A DNA stretch of 64,000 bases from the NCBI GenBank assembly GCA_023436245.1, contig JAEZJZ010000030.1, positions 91-64,090 on the forward strand, in the 5' to 3' direction. How positions within the stretch are numbered: position 1 is the first letter of the stretch; each line of letters begins with the position of its first letter. Source of the DNA: Bacillota bacterium (GTDB taxonomy: Bacteria > Bacillota > UBA994 > UBA5500). A model generated the notes under the pieces. The model made no database searches. It saw only the letters and a program-made list of their open reading frames with translations, and was not told the origin of the DNA. Positions 19,731-29,789 of the stretch are shown here, in pieces. Position numbers and translations under genes: made by a program.

Positions 19731-21067
19731 CTGATCACTTGCGGCTGAAAGTGTTCAGCTCGCGCCGGCCACTGCTGGTCATCGAAACGAAGTTGGGCAA
19801 GCGACATGGCCTCGGCTCCGGCAGCATCTACAGAATCAGCTTCGGTACACACTCCACCAAGGCAAGACTCAGACTCGACAAGAGTCAGCCAGCCTCTGTA
19901 TTGGCCGTTTCTGAACACACGCAGGGCGAGCTTGTGCTCAGCGCTGCCCCCGCTTACCTACTGCGGCGGATAGGGAAGGAGATCCGGCTTGGTCCCCTGA
20001 TCGGAATATTATATTGCCGGCGTAGGGATCGCCTCACCAGCCGTCGTCTGCGCAGGCTGCAGAGCTACATACGGGAATACCCCAGGTTGCGCTGCAGCAT
20101 AGTTGTCTTCTCGTTGGACCAAATCAACCGCAGGAAGCTAACAGTGAACGGTTTTCTGTACAATCCGACCAGTGACAGCTGGGATGCCGGCACATACCCA
20201 TTCCCGGCCGCCATGTACCGGAGAATAGGGGTACCGCCATCCTGGCGGGATTTCTTCCACCAGACGATCGGGCGAGCCTGGTTCAATGACTATTACTGGG
20301 ACAAATTCGAACTGCATCAACGCCTCTCCACCCTGCCAGCCATCAGGGACTACCTGCCTGAGACTCGCCTGGCATTGACCGTTGAGGACGTGCAGTGCCT
20401 GTTGGCCAAACATGGCAGGGTATTTCTGAAACCAGTGGCTGGGATGCGCGGCAGGGGGGCAGTTCAACTCGCCCAGTCAGGCGCAGGGGTAAGCGTTCGT
20501 CGTGCGGATATGGCAGGCTCCATGCTGCTTGCCAGACAGGAGGAAGTCACCCGGTTCTTGCTTGAGCAGGTAATCGGCACTGGCTACTTGGTGCAGCAGT
20601 ATCTGCCGCTACTCAAGTGGCAGGATTGTGTGATAGATCTGCGCGTGCTGATGCAGAAAGAGGATGATTGCAGGTGGCACTGCCAGGGCATGGTCGTGCG
20701 GCAGGGCATGCAGGGCAGCATAGTCAGCAACATCTCTCGCCGGGGAGTAGCGTGGCAGGTCGATCTGTTCCTCCGGGATTGCCTAAGCCTCACTGAACAG
20801 GCAGCGCAGGAATGGCGCCAGCAAGCCGAACAGGTAGCCGGGCGCGTCTGCGCAGCGATCGACACCCTGGGCTGGAACAATGGAACCATTGGACTTGACC
20901 TTGGGCTGGATCAATCGGGGCGCTGGTGGTTAATTGAGGCAAACAACCGCGATCCCGACCCCACCATTGCCTTGGACGCCAACGATAGTCAGCTCTACAG
21001 GCGCCTGAAGCTGGCGCCGCTGCTCTACGCCAAAGGGTTGGCCGGATTTGGGCCTGACCACGAGTGA
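19721..21067 (+). CDS. YheC/YheD family ATP-grasp protein (paralog)
   Basis: GTG start overlapping the upstream stop by 10 nt; RLGPLIGIL, KPVAGMRGRGAVQL, VQQYLPL, IDLRVLMQK, LIEANNRDP. Confidence 0.7.
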   Translation: MELTDHLRLKVFSSRRPLLVIETKLGKRHGLGSGSIYRISFGTHSTKARLRLDKSQPASVLAVSEHTQGELVLSAAPAYLLRRIGKEIRLGPLIGILYCRRRDRLTSRRLRRLQSYIREYPRLRCSIVVFSLDQINRRKLTVNGFLYNPTSDSWDAGTYPFPAAMYRRIGVPPSWRDFFHQTIGRAWFNDYYWDKFELHQRLSTLPAIRDYLPETRLALTVEDVQCLLAKHGRVFLKPVAGMRGRGAVQLAQSGAGVSVRRADMAGSMLLARQEEVTRFLLEQVIGTGYLVQQYLPLLKWQDCVIDLRVLMQKEDDCRWHCQGMVVRQGMQGSIVSNISRRGVAWQVDLFLRDCLSLTEQAAQEWRQQAEQVAGRVCAAIDTLGWNNGTIGLDLGLDQSGRWWLIEANNRDPDPTIALDANDSQLYRRLKLAPLLYAKGLAGFGPDHE

Positions 21068-21188
21068 GCGGAAGCGATCTATTCGCATGCTCAGTTGTCA
21101 TCATTTCCATTGGACTGACGTAATAGTATGGTGACAGCATAAGGTCACGTAGTAGCCACAACCATTCTGAGAGGGGTGTGAAAGTACC

Positions 21189-21890
21189 GTGCAGCAGCTC
21201 CTGTTCCCACTGAATGAGCTTTCGGCAGCGAGTAAGTTCTACCGTTCCATCTCCACATCCCCTGCAGGAGGAACAGCCTTCTGCCAGCTCGCAGAAGGGC
21301 TGGCAGAAATCAGCCTGACCGCGCAAAACCTGCGCCGGTTAGAGCCGTTACCTGAAAACCAACTGGCATATGTCTCAGGACCTGCCTCCTATAGCCAGTA
21401 CCACGTGTGGTTGACCGCAGCGGACCACGAACCGCTGTACATAGGCGCCTTCAACGTGCCGAACTACGGCCTGGGAACCTTCTATGTTGTCGTTGATCCA
21501 GAGAACGTCAATGGCTGCGGGCTGACGCTGGGCAAGTTCGCCTGGCTGATAGTCACCGCTAGCCCAGGGGTCAGACACAATCTTTGGCCGGGCGAGTTGG
21601 ATGCGGGAGTACTCTACAGCCGCCTCACGGATACGGGAGCCTCTCCCTTCTGCTTGTTTGACAGATCCAGCAAGAAGCTGGAGCTGGACGACGATCTGGA
21701 TGACGACGCCGACTTTGATGAGGACAGCTTCAACGACGATCCTCCGGATGAAGACCGCTTCGAGGACATGGAGTCAGAAGAAGAGAGCCCGGAGGACGGC
21801 GAGGAACCGCTCTGGGAGGAACTGACTGACAACGAGGCGAAACCCTCGACCCGAAGGCGTCGCGGAAAACGCGGCAGGAGTTCGCGCTGA
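21189..21890 (+). CDS. hypothetical protein with extreme poly-acidic C-terminal tail ending in an Arg-rich patch
   Basis: Last ~75 aa: LELDDDLDDDADFDEDSFNDDPPDEDRFEDMESEEESPEDGEEPLWEELTDNEAKPSTRRRRGKRGRSSR; follows the ATP-grasp triplet after a 120-nt gap. Confidence 0.5.
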   Translation: MQQLLFPLNELSAASKFYRSISTSPAGGTAFCQLAEGLAEISLTAQNLRRLEPLPENQLAYVSGPASYSQYHVWLTAADHEPLYIGAFNVPNYGLGTFYVVVDPENVNGCGLTLGKFAWLIVTASPGVRHNLWPGELDAGVLYSRLTDTGASPFCLFDRSSKKLELDDDLDDDADFDEDSFNDDPPDEDRFEDMESEEESPEDGEEPLWEELTDNEAKPSTRRRRGKRGRSSR

Positions 21891-22100
21891 ACAACAGACA
21901 GCCGACTGGCGAGACTGTTCAGCTTGCGCTCTGCAGAGGCTCGGCATGCCGAGCCAATCCCGGCACCACAGGCATGCTGGGGGAGCTACGGTGAAGAGAA
22001 AGGCGACTTTCGAACACCGTCGCTTGCGTGCACCGAGCAGGCAGCACGGCAAAGTGACGCAGTGAGTCAACTTCAGCTACCCTAGTTCTGTACCTCAAGA

Positions 22101-22132
22101 GGCCGCTCGGACGTGATGCCGAACGGCCTCTT
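22101..22132. terminator. bidirectional hairpin between convergent genes
   Basis: GAGGCCGCTCGG-n-CCGAACGGCCTC stem. Confidence 0.35.
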
Positions 22133-22158
22133 CATGATCTACACGGCAGCTCACGCAG

Positions 22159-23586
22159 CTAGAAACTACGCAGCGCGTACAGGTTCGGGTTTTCGGTCTT
22201 GTCCCAGTTGCCGCTACTCCGCATCATCTGCAAGAAGGCCGCGCGGGCATCGCTCAGCACGCACCGCTGATCCACGCTTTGTACCTGACGATCTTGCATC
22301 AGCACCTGCCCGTCGACGATCACGTGACTGACATCCTGCCCGGAGGCATGATAGACCAGCCGCTGGATGGGCATCACGCCAAACGGCGCTAGATGCGGCT
22401 GCTCCACATCTACCAGAATGATATCCGCGCGCTTACCCACCTCCAGGGAACCGATCAGATGATCCAGCTTCAGAGCCCGGGCAGCGCGAATGGTGGCCAT
22501 CTCCAGGACGAGGCCGGCCGGCAGCAACCCGGTGTGGTGAAAGTGACCACGATGCAACACTTGGGCGACACGCAAATCCCGCCAGAGGTCAAAGCTGCGG
22601 TCGGGAGCAGTGCCGTCGGTGGCTATGACCACATTCACACCGGCCTCCAGCATCTCAAAGGCGGGGCAGCGCTGCCGCATCACCGAGTGGGTGGATGGCC
22701 CGTGGCAGACACTGATCCCCTTCTCGGCCATGATCTGCCATTCGTGCGGACTCATCCCGGTGCTGTGGCTGAGCGAGATGTCGCCACCCAACACCTCCGG
22801 ACTTGTCTGCTGCACGAACTCCATGTCTCCGCCGAAGGCATGAGCGTGAATCGGCACGCCGTAGCTATTGGCAATGCGCCGCATCTCCCGATTCTGCTTG
22901 ATGGCCAACTCCAACGGTATGCTGGGCGCGCGCCCGATGCGTGATGGCATGACGTAGCAGTAGGCGCGCGGATGCTTGCCCTGCCACTGACGTATGGCCT
23001 GTTCAGTCTGGGGAAACGCGTCTTCCGGGTTCACCGCATACTCCCGATAATCATCACCGCTCCAGACTCGTGCGAGCTTCGGCCACGGCGGGTTGGGCGA
23101 GCCAATGCCGCTGACCTGACGGATACCGATGGGCAATGCGCCGGCAAAATGAGCATCCAGAAGCTCCAGCCGATCCACACGCGGGGTGTTTCCAAGCATG
23201 GAAACGCCGGTGGTCACTCCAAACTTGAGGCGCTCCAGCGCAGCCAGGGCGCCCTCCGACCGCCAGAACTCCTCATCCGAGAACCGATGATAGATCCCCT
23301 CCGCCATCGGCTCCCACTCGTCACCCAGGTGCTCCCCCAACGTCTTGGTCAGACAGTGACCAGCATGACCGTGGCTGTCGATTAGCCCCGGCAGTACGGC
23401 GTGTCCGCTGGCGTCAATAGTGCGTGCCGCCGAGGCATCGGCAGGCAAGTCGCTCATTGGCCCGATGGCCGCGATGCTGTTTCCGCTGACTGCCACGAAA
23501 CCAGGCTGGTACACCCGGTGGTCTGGATCGACGGTAATCAATGTTCCGTTCTTGATCAACAAGTCAAACATCCGAAACCCTCCCAT
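22159..23586 (-). CDS. amidohydrolase family protein (ATZ/TRZ-like metal-dependent deaminase/hydrolase)
   Basis: LIDSHGHAGH HxH metal motif, about 470 aa, typical amidohydrolase domain organisation. Confidence 0.75.
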   Translation of the reverse strand: MGGFRMFDLLIKNGTLITVDPDHRVYQPGFVAVSGNSIAAIGPMSDLPADASAARTIDASGHAVLPGLIDSHGHAGHCLTKTLGEHLGDEWEPMAEGIYHRFSDEEFWRSEGALAALERLKFGVTTGVSMLGNTPRVDRLELLDAHFAGALPIGIRQVSGIGSPNPPWPKLARVWSGDDYREYAVNPEDAFPQTEQAIRQWQGKHPRAYCYVMPSRIGRAPSIPLELAIKQNREMRRIANSYGVPIHAHAFGGDMEFVQQTSPEVLGGDISLSHSTGMSPHEWQIMAEKGISVCHGPSTHSVMRQRCPAFEMLEAGVNVVIATDGTAPDRSFDLWRDLRVAQVLHRGHFHHTGLLPAGLVLEMATIRAARALKLDHLIGSLEVGKRADIILVDVEQPHLAPFGVMPIQRLVYHASGQDVSHVIVDGQVLMQDRQVQSVDQRCVLSDARAAFLQMMRSSGNWDKTENPNLYALRSF

Positions 23587-23812
23587 CGTTCTCTGCTTCC
23601 TTCATTCTTCCCCTTGCGGGTAAATGCCTGCCAGGCAAGCGCACTCCCTATTCCTTTCTACCTGGTCACAGTCCGATATACTTTTGATTCCATACTATTT
23701 TGTTGCCCAACATGCTACAATGCAAGCAGTTTTCTCATCAAATTTCGGCTAAGCCGCAACAATCATTCGCCATTTCGAGTATATAGTTAAAGCAGCTAAG
23801 GAGGTATAAGCA

Positions 23813-25651
23813 GTGCAAAAAAGGCGAGGCCCGAGGAACCCCGTCCTCTTCTACTATGGCTTGGTGATCCTGGTCACCATGTTACTCAACGCATTTGTCT
23901 TTCCGCTGTTCATGCAACAGCCGGTCACCCTGGTTGACTATGGGACCTTCCTGCAGCAGGTGGATAGCGGCAGCGTGTTCGCGGTGGAGATTCAGGACTA
24001 TCAAATCCTGTTCGCCACCAAGCAAGCTGATGGAACAGAGGCCCTCTTCAAGACGGGAGTCATGGACGACCCCGAGTTGGTCAAGCGACTGCAGACAGCG
24101 GCCGGTCAGGGTGAAGGCGGCAAGATCTCTTTTTCCCGGGTAATCCCGAGAGAACTCTCTCCCCTGCTCAACTTCATCCTCACCTGGATTCTGCCACTGG
24201 TCATATTTGCGCTGATGGGCCAAATGTTGATGGGCCAGGTGCAGAAGCGCATGGGCGGGCTGGGCAATGCCATGAGCTTCGGCAAAAGCAACGCCAAAAT
24301 CTACGTGCAGGCCCAGACCGGAAAGACATTCGCGGACGTGGCCGGGCAGGATGAAGCCAAGGAGGCATTGGAGGAGATCATCGACTTCCTGCACGACCCG
24401 CTGAAGTATTCCTCCATCGGCGCCACCTTGCCCAAGGGGGCGCTGTTGGTTGGCCCGCCCGGCACCGGTAAGACGCTGTTGGCGCGGGCGGTGGCCGGCG
24501 AAGCCAAGGTCCCCTTCTTCTCCATCTCCGGATCTGAGTTCGTGGAGATGTTCGTCGGCATGGGCGCGGCCAAGGTGCGCGATCTCTTCCGGCAAGCCAG
24601 TGAAAAGGCGCCTTGCATCGTGTTCATCGACGAGGTAGACACCATCGGCAAGCGACGCGACACCGGCGGCATCGGTGGGAACGATGAGCGCGAACAGACG
24701 CTGAACCAACTGCTGACTGAGATGGACGGATTCGACGGTAAGAAGGGCGTGGTCATTCTGGCTGCAACCAACCGTCCGGAGACCTTGGACAAAGCGCTGC
24801 TTCGTCCCGGCCGCTTCGACCGCCGCATCCCAGTGGAACTGCCGGATCTGCGTGGTCGCGAAGCTATTCTCAAGGTGCACGCTGAAAAAGTGAGTCTGGG
24901 CCGGGACGTGGACTTCAATGCCATCGCCCGAGCCACGGTGGGCGCTTCCGGCGCGGACCTGGCCAACATGATCAACGAAGCCGCCTTGCGGGCAGTGCGC
25001 TGCGGCCGCACAGAGGTCACCCAGAGCGACCTGGAGGAAAGCGTGGAAGTGGTGATCGCCGGCTACCAGAGAAAGCATGCGGTAGTGTCTGAGAAGGAGA
25101 AGGCCATCGTGGCCTATCACGAGATCGGGCACGCGCTGGTCGCCGCCAAGCAATCGGCGTCCGCACCAGTGCACAAGATCACGATCATCCCGCGCACATC
25201 CGGCGCACTGGGCTACACCGTGCAGGTCGAGGCCGACGAGCAGCGGCTGCTGAGCAAAGAAGAGGCGCTGAACCGCATTGCCACCCTGACCGGCGGCCGG
25301 GCGGCAGAGGAACTCGTCTTCAACACCATCACCTCCGGAGCCTCCAACGACATCGAACAGGCAACTCGGCTAGCCCGGGCGATGGTCACACGCTTCGGCA
25401 TGAGCGACGAGTTCGGCATGGTCGCTCTGGAAACGGTGAACAGCCAGTACCTGGGTGGAGATGCCTCGCTGATCTGCTCTCCCGAGACGTCGGCGCGCAT
25501 CGACCGCGAAGTGATGGCGATCATCCGGGAGGCCAAAGAAAGAGCGCAGACCATCCTCCAGGAGAACATGAGCAAGCTGCATGAACTGGCCAAGTTCCTG
25601 TTTGAGAAAGAGACGATCACCGGCGAGGAGTTCATGAAGCTTCTAGGATAA
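23813..25651 (+). CDS. ftsH: ATP-dependent zinc metalloprotease FtsH
   Basis: AAGGAGG RBS then GTG at 23813; two N-terminal TM helices, Walker [22 protein letters not shown] region, HEIGHAL zinc site. Confidence 0.9.
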   Translation: MQKRRGPRNPVLFYYGLVILVTMLLNAFVFPLFMQQPVTLVDYGTFLQQVDSGSVFAVEIQDYQILFATKQADGTEALFKTGVMDDPELVKRLQTAAGQGEGGKISFSRVIPRELSPLLNFILTWILPLVIFALMGQMLMGQVQKRMGGLGNAMSFGKSNAKIYVQAQTGKTFADVAGQDEAKEALEEIIDFLHDPLKYSSIGATLPKGALLVGPPGTGKTLLARAVAGEAKVPFFSISGSEFVEMFVGMGAAKVRDLFRQASEKAPCIVFIDEVDTIGKRRDTGGIGGNDEREQTLNQLLTEMDGFDGKKGVVILAATNRPETLDKALLRPGRFDRRIPVELPDLRGREAILKVHAEKVSLGRDVDFNAIARATVGASGADLANMINEAALRAVRCGRTEVTQSDLEESVEVVIAGYQRKHAVVSEKEKAIVAYHEIGHALVAAKQSASAPVHKITIIPRTSGALGYTVQVEADEQRLLSKEEALNRIATLTGGRAAEELVFNTITSGASNDIEQATRLARAMVTRFGMSDEFGMVALETVNSQYLGGDASLICSPETSARIDREVMAIIREAKERAQTILQENMSKLHELAKFLFEKETITGEEFMKLLG

Positions 25652-25660
25652 GGTCAGCTA

Positions 25661-25705
25661 GGCCCTCGGCAGCCACAGGGGCTGGCCGAGGGCCTTTGCT
25701 ATTTT
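25661..25705 (+). terminator. intrinsic terminator of ftsH
   Basis: GGCCCTCGGC...GCCGAGGGCC stem followed by TTTGCTATTTTGG. Confidence 0.7.
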
Positions 25706-25826
25706 GGAGGACGAACGGAAACAAGTACGCGGGCAGGGTGCGCCAGAAAGCTGACGTTCAGTTGTCAGGTTACTTGCGGTATGCCAGTAATGTGAGGGCG
25801 ACTAGCACGGAAGGTCGGTGAAGGAA

Positions 25827-26585
25827 ATGCAGATCATTCGGGTTGATCAGAGCAACATTGATCGGGAACATATCTGTTGCGCGATCTCGGACAGCAAGGG
25901 GGATTCTGGCGTTCGGTGCAAAAAGGTGTGGATGCAGGAGCGCTTCGCGGAGGGGTTGACCTTTCAGAAGCTGGACGCACGGGGCAAGGTGTTCATTGAG
26001 TACATCCCGGCAGAGAATGCCTCGTGCCCAATCGTCGCAGATGGGTACATGTTCATCAACTGCTTTTGGGTGTCCGGGCAGTATAAGGGACAAGGATATG
26101 CCAACCAACTGCTTGACCTGTGTAGCAAGGACGCTCAGGCACGCGGGATGAAGGGCCTGGTGGCGCTCTCCGCAGCGAAGAAGATGCCGTTTCTGTCCGA
26201 TCCCAAGTACCTGAAGTATAAGGGCTTTCGGGTCGCGGACACGGCAGCCCCTTACTTTGAACTGCTCTATCTTCCGTTTGCGGAGGAGGCGGAGCAGCCG
26301 GTGTTCCGGGAATGTGCCAGAACCGGTCGTATAGAGGACCAAGGATTTGTGCTCTTCTACTCCAGCCAGTGTCCTCACACGGCGAAGTACGCTCCGCTGA
26401 TAGCGAGTATGGCCCGAGAACAAGGAGTCGAGTTCAAGCTGGTGCATCTGCGAACTACCAAAGACGCACAGCAAGCACCCACGCCGTTCACCACTTACGG
26501 GCTGTTTCACAATGGCGAGTTCGTCACCAATGAGATTCTCTCGGAGAAGAAATTCATCAGGTTACTGGACGAGAGAGGCCGATAG
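25827..26585 (+). CDS. GNAT acetyltransferase with YoaP-like C-terminal domain
   Basis: N-terminal GNAT fold (QGYANQLL acetyl-CoA motif) plus a C-terminal domain like B. subtilis YoaP; start could be the GTG at 25818. Confidence 0.6.
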   Translation: MQIIRVDQSNIDREHICCAISDSKGDSGVRCKKVWMQERFAEGLTFQKLDARGKVFIEYIPAENASCPIVADGYMFINCFWVSGQYKGQGYANQLLDLCSKDAQARGMKGLVALSAAKKMPFLSDPKYLKYKGFRVADTAAPYFELLYLPFAEEAEQPVFRECARTGRIEDQGFVLFYSSQCPHTAKYAPLIASMAREQGVEFKLVHLRTTKDAQQAPTPFTTYGLFHNGEFVTNEILSEKKFIRLLDERGR

Positions 26586-26606
26586 GTTGCCAACCCGGTA
26601 CGGCAA

Positions 26607-26648
26607 GACCCCCATGACCGAAAGCGGCTCATGGGGGTCTTCTTGTAG
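26607..26648 (+). terminator. intrinsic terminator
   Basis: GACCCCCAT...ATGGGGGTC stem then TTCTTGTAG. Confidence 0.6.
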
Positions 26649-26767
26649 AACTATGCCGTCGCTCATTTCATGTTCATCAGATGGTCAACCAGGGTGCCGA
26701 ACTCCGGGTCGGCGCTGCGGCGCGACCATAGCATAATCTGAACGCATCGCTCAAATGAGTCATTGTT

Positions 26768-26822
26768 ATGAACTCACGTGAGTATATTGAGCCAACTCAT
26801 CAATTATGAACATTTATAATTG
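26768..26822. promoter_or_regulatory. two palindromic candidate operator sites upstream of the dehydratase/activase operon
   Basis: ACTCACGTGAGT (perfect 12-bp palindrome, 26768-26779) and CATCAATTAT-n8-ATAATTGATG (10-bp inverted repeat, 26795-26822) in the AT-rich region 60-110 nt upstream of the ATG at 26880. Confidence 0.4.
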
Positions 26823-26879
26823 ATGCCATAAGCATAGTAATGCTATAGTGGGGTGATCTGATGCGAAGGAGGCCTTGCC

Positions 26880-28025
26880 ATGTCTGATGCCCTCAACCAA
26901 GCGCTAGAGCAATTCCACCGGCTGCGGGAGGCCGGTTTGTCTGCCATCATCAGTGGGAAGAAGAAGGGACTGAAGGTGGTTGGAACCTATTGCACCTATT
27001 GTCCGCAAGAGCTGATCCTGGCCGCCGGCGCAGTGCCAATCAGCCTCTGCGGCACGAAGGAGGAGCCGATTGCTGCAGCCGAAGAGACGCTGCCCCGCAA
27101 TCTCTGCCCGATGATCAAATCGTCCTATGGATTCGCCGTCACCGATACCTGCCCTTTCTTCTTCTTCTCGGACCTGATCATCGGGGAGACAACCTGTGAC
27201 GGCAAGAAGAAGATGTTCGAAATCATGCAGCAGAAGAAACCGGTACACGTGATGACCCTGCCCCACACGCAGACTGGAGCCGATGCGGTGCAGTTCTGGG
27301 TCGCTGAGATGCGCCGCCTGCGCACACGTCTGGAGCAGGAGCTGGCGGTTACTATCAGCGACGATCAGATCTGGGAGGCAATCGATCTGGTGAATGAGGA
27401 GCGGCGGGCAATCAAGGCTTTGCATGATCTCAACCAATCCAATCCGCCGCCAATCCCCGGGCTGAAGCTGCTGCAAGCGAGCTGGTTGCGAGCATTCGCA
27501 GCGGATAAGCGGGAAGTGATTGACCGCATCAGGCAGTTGATTGACGTGGCCAAGTCGAGCGTGTCTACCACCCCGTCCAGCAGACCGCGCGTGTTGCTGA
27601 CCGGCTGCCCGGTGGGCTTGGGCAGTGAAAAGGTGGTCACTCTGCTCGATCAGCTTGGCGCCGACATGGTGACGATGGAGAACTGCAGCGGCTACAAGAC
27701 GCTGGAACTGATGACGAGCCACGAGCACAGCGATCCGATTGAGGCGCTGGCTGCGAAGTACTTGCAGATTCCCTGCTCGTGCATGAGCCCGAATGACTAT
27801 CGACTTGACCTGCTTGAGAGAATGATGGCGGACTTTCGGGTAGATGCGGTGATCGACCTGACCTGGCAGGCCTGCCATACTTATAACGTGGAAGCTTACA
27901 GCGTGGGTCAATTGGTGCGCAAACATGGCCTCCCGTTCCTCCATCTGGAGAGTGACTACTCTCAGTCCGACATCGAGATTCTGCGGGTGCGCATCGAGGC
28001 GTTGCTGGAGATGGTGCACGCGTGA
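26880..28025 (+). CDS. 2-hydroxyacyl-CoA dehydratase family protein (HgdB/HadC-like, Cys-rich)
   Basis: 381 aa, multiple conserved Cys (CTYCP, CPMIK, CPVGLG, CSCM); AAGGAGG RBS; stop overlaps the start of the activase gene (GTGA). Confidence 0.65.
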   Translation: MSDALNQALEQFHRLREAGLSAIISGKKKGLKVVGTYCTYCPQELILAAGAVPISLCGTKEEPIAAAEETLPRNLCPMIKSSYGFAVTDTCPFFFFSDLIIGETTCDGKKKMFEIMQQKKPVHVMTLPHTQTGADAVQFWVAEMRRLRTRLEQELAVTISDDQIWEAIDLVNEERRAIKALHDLNQSNPPPIPGLKLLQASWLRAFAADKREVIDRIRQLIDVAKSSVSTTPSSRPRVLLTGCPVGLGSEKVVTLLDQLGADMVTMENCSGYKTLELMTSHEHSDPIEALAAKYLQIPCSCMSPNDYRLDLLERMMADFRVDAVIDLTWQACHTYNVEAYSVGQLVRKHGLPFLHLESDYSQSDIEILRVRIEALLEMVHA

Positions 28026-28789
28026 TCACGATTGGGCTCGACATCGGGTCGGTAGCAGCCAAGGGTTTGCTTCTGACGGAAGACCAGCAACTGACCCTAC
28101 TGCGACCGACCGGCTGGAGCCCTCGGGATGCTGGGGCAGGGCTCATTCAGGAACTGCTGGCCGCCGCGGGCCTAAACAGAGGAGACGTGTCCAGGATAGT
28201 GGCCACAGGTTATGGCCGGGTTGCGGTTACGGGCGTGGACAAGGCGGTGACTGAGATTACCTGTCACGCCCGCGGGCTGATTGCTCTCCTGCCTCAGGTG
28301 CGGACGGTGATCGACATCGGCGGTCAGGACAGCAAGGTGATCAAGCTGAATGAGCGCGGCAGGGTGATTGACTTTGCCATGAACGATAAGTGTGCCGCTG
28401 GCACTGGTCGCTTTCTGCAAGTGATGGCCGGAACGCTCGGTCTGGACGTGTCCGAACTAGCTGCCGCCGAACGGCCAGGGGAACTGGTGCCAATCACCAG
28501 CATGTGTACCGTCTTCGCCGAATCGGAGCTGATCAGCCATCTGGCTCAGAACAGGAGCAAAGGTGGCCTGGTGGCTGGCTTGCACCAGTCGGTGGCCAAA
28601 CGGGTAGCCAGCATGGCCAGCAAACTAGGGGTGGTTGAGCCGGTGGCGTTCACCGGCGGGGTCGCCCTAAACGATGGTGTCCGCAGGGCTTTGGCTGTGG
28701 AAATGCGGGTCGAGCTATTGACTCCGCCTGAGCGGCAGTTTACCGGCGCGCTGGGCGCAGCCATTCTGGCGCGTGAGTTAGGCGAATAG
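28022..28789 (+). CDS. acyl-CoA dehydratase activase (BadF/BadG/BcrA/BcrD-type ATPase, HgdC-like)
   Basis: MITIGLDIGSVAAKGLLL N-terminal ASKHA phosphate-1 motif, two Cys for a bridging [4Fe-4S], 255 aa. Confidence 0.75.
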   Translation: MITIGLDIGSVAAKGLLLTEDQQLTLLRPTGWSPRDAGAGLIQELLAAAGLNRGDVSRIVATGYGRVAVTGVDKAVTEITCHARGLIALLPQVRTVIDIGGQDSKVIKLNERGRVIDFAMNDKCAAGTGRFLQVMAGTLGLDVSELAAAERPGELVPITSMCTVFAESELISHLAQNRSKGGLVAGLHQSVAKRVASMASKLGVVEPVAFTGGVALNDGVRRALAVEMRVELLTPPERQFTGALGAAILARELGE

Positions 28790-28856
28790 CAAAGCGGGAC
28801 GTGGCCGTCACCCCTGTTGGGTGGACTTTCACGTCCCGCTTCTAATGTCCGGTTAT

Positions 28857-29675
28857 CTAGGAGAAGAGCAGTAAGCTGATCGCCATCACCGCCATGCCGC
28901 CAACCACGCCGTAGATAGCCAGATGTTCCTCAGCGTAAGCTCTCGCTGCCGGCAGCAGCTCATCCAGCGAGATGAAGACCATAATGCCGGCGACGAAACA
29001 GAACAATAGGCCAAGCACGACCTCGCTGAAAAACGGTTTGAGCAGCAGGTAACCGACAAGAGCTCCCGCCGGCTCGGACAAACCGGAAAGCAGGGCATAG
29101 CGAAAGGCTTTCCCCTTATCGCCGCTTGCGTAGTAGATTGGAACTGCAACCGCGATGCCTTCCGGCAGATTGTGGATAGCTACGGCAATAGCGATGGCAA
29201 TGCCCAACTTCGGATTCTGCAAGGCTGAAGCAAAGGTGGCCAAACCTTCGGGGAAGTTGTGAATGGCGATGGCCAGCGCGGCCATCAGCCCCATCCGCTG
29301 CAAACTCTCTGCACTCCTGGTCTCTGCGGGGCACCGCAAGTCCTCGGCAGAGCAGACGTGATGCGGGTTGTTGTCCTCTGGAATCAGCCTGTCGATTACC
29401 CCGATGGCCAGGATCCCAGCAAAGAAAGCGGCAACTGCCAGCCAGGCGCCAACTGCCTGACCCTTGGCCGCCATCAGGGATTCCTGCCCTTTGACCAGAA
29501 TGTCAGCAAAAGAGACATAGATCATCACTCCCGCCGAGAAGCCCAGCGCAAGCGACAGAAAGCGGTCGTTCAGTTTCTTGCTGACCAGCGCAATCCCACC
29601 GCCGATGCCAGCCGCCAGACCAGCGAACAGGGTGAGCAAGAAGGCTAGCCAAAAGTTGCCCTGAAACACAGGCAT
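28857..29675 (-). CDS. zupT: ZIP-family zinc/divalent metal transporter ZupT
   Basis: HNFPEG and HNLPEG motifs, 8 TM segments; start ambiguous (ATG 29675 or the GTG two codons later, GGAGGG RBS); co-directional immediately after rubrerythrin. Confidence 0.75.
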   Translation of the reverse strand: MPVFQGNFWLAFLLTLFAGLAAGIGGGIALVSKKLNDRFLSLALGFSAGVMIYVSFADILVKGQESLMAAKGQAVGAWLAVAAFFAGILAIGVIDRLIPEDNNPHHVCSAEDLRCPAETRSAESLQRMGLMAALAIAIHNFPEGLATFASALQNPKLGIAIAIAVAIHNLPEGIAVAVPIYYASGDKGKAFRYALLSGLSEPAGALVGYLLLKPFFSEVVLGLLFCFVAGIMVFISLDELLPAARAYAEEHLAIYGVVGGMAVMAISLLLFS

Positions 29676-29789
29676 CCCTCCGTGCACCAAATCTGAGAGC
29701 AACGCAACCAGGCAAATTCCTGCAGGCAGAATCACAGGTCAGATGACAAGGCGACCCTCGATGATCTGAGGGCCGCCGCTTCTCCGTGT

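Noticed and set aside
23882-25174. 430-aa and 239-aa minus-strand ORFs antisense to ftsH
   Set aside because: They are antisense artefacts of a GC-rich, well-conserved gene. Ala/Arg/Gly-rich low-complexity translations.
26904-28019. 371-aa minus-strand ORF antisense to the dehydratase-like gene
   Set aside because: It has the same antisense pattern. The plus-strand gene has an RBS, Cys motifs and coupling to the activase.
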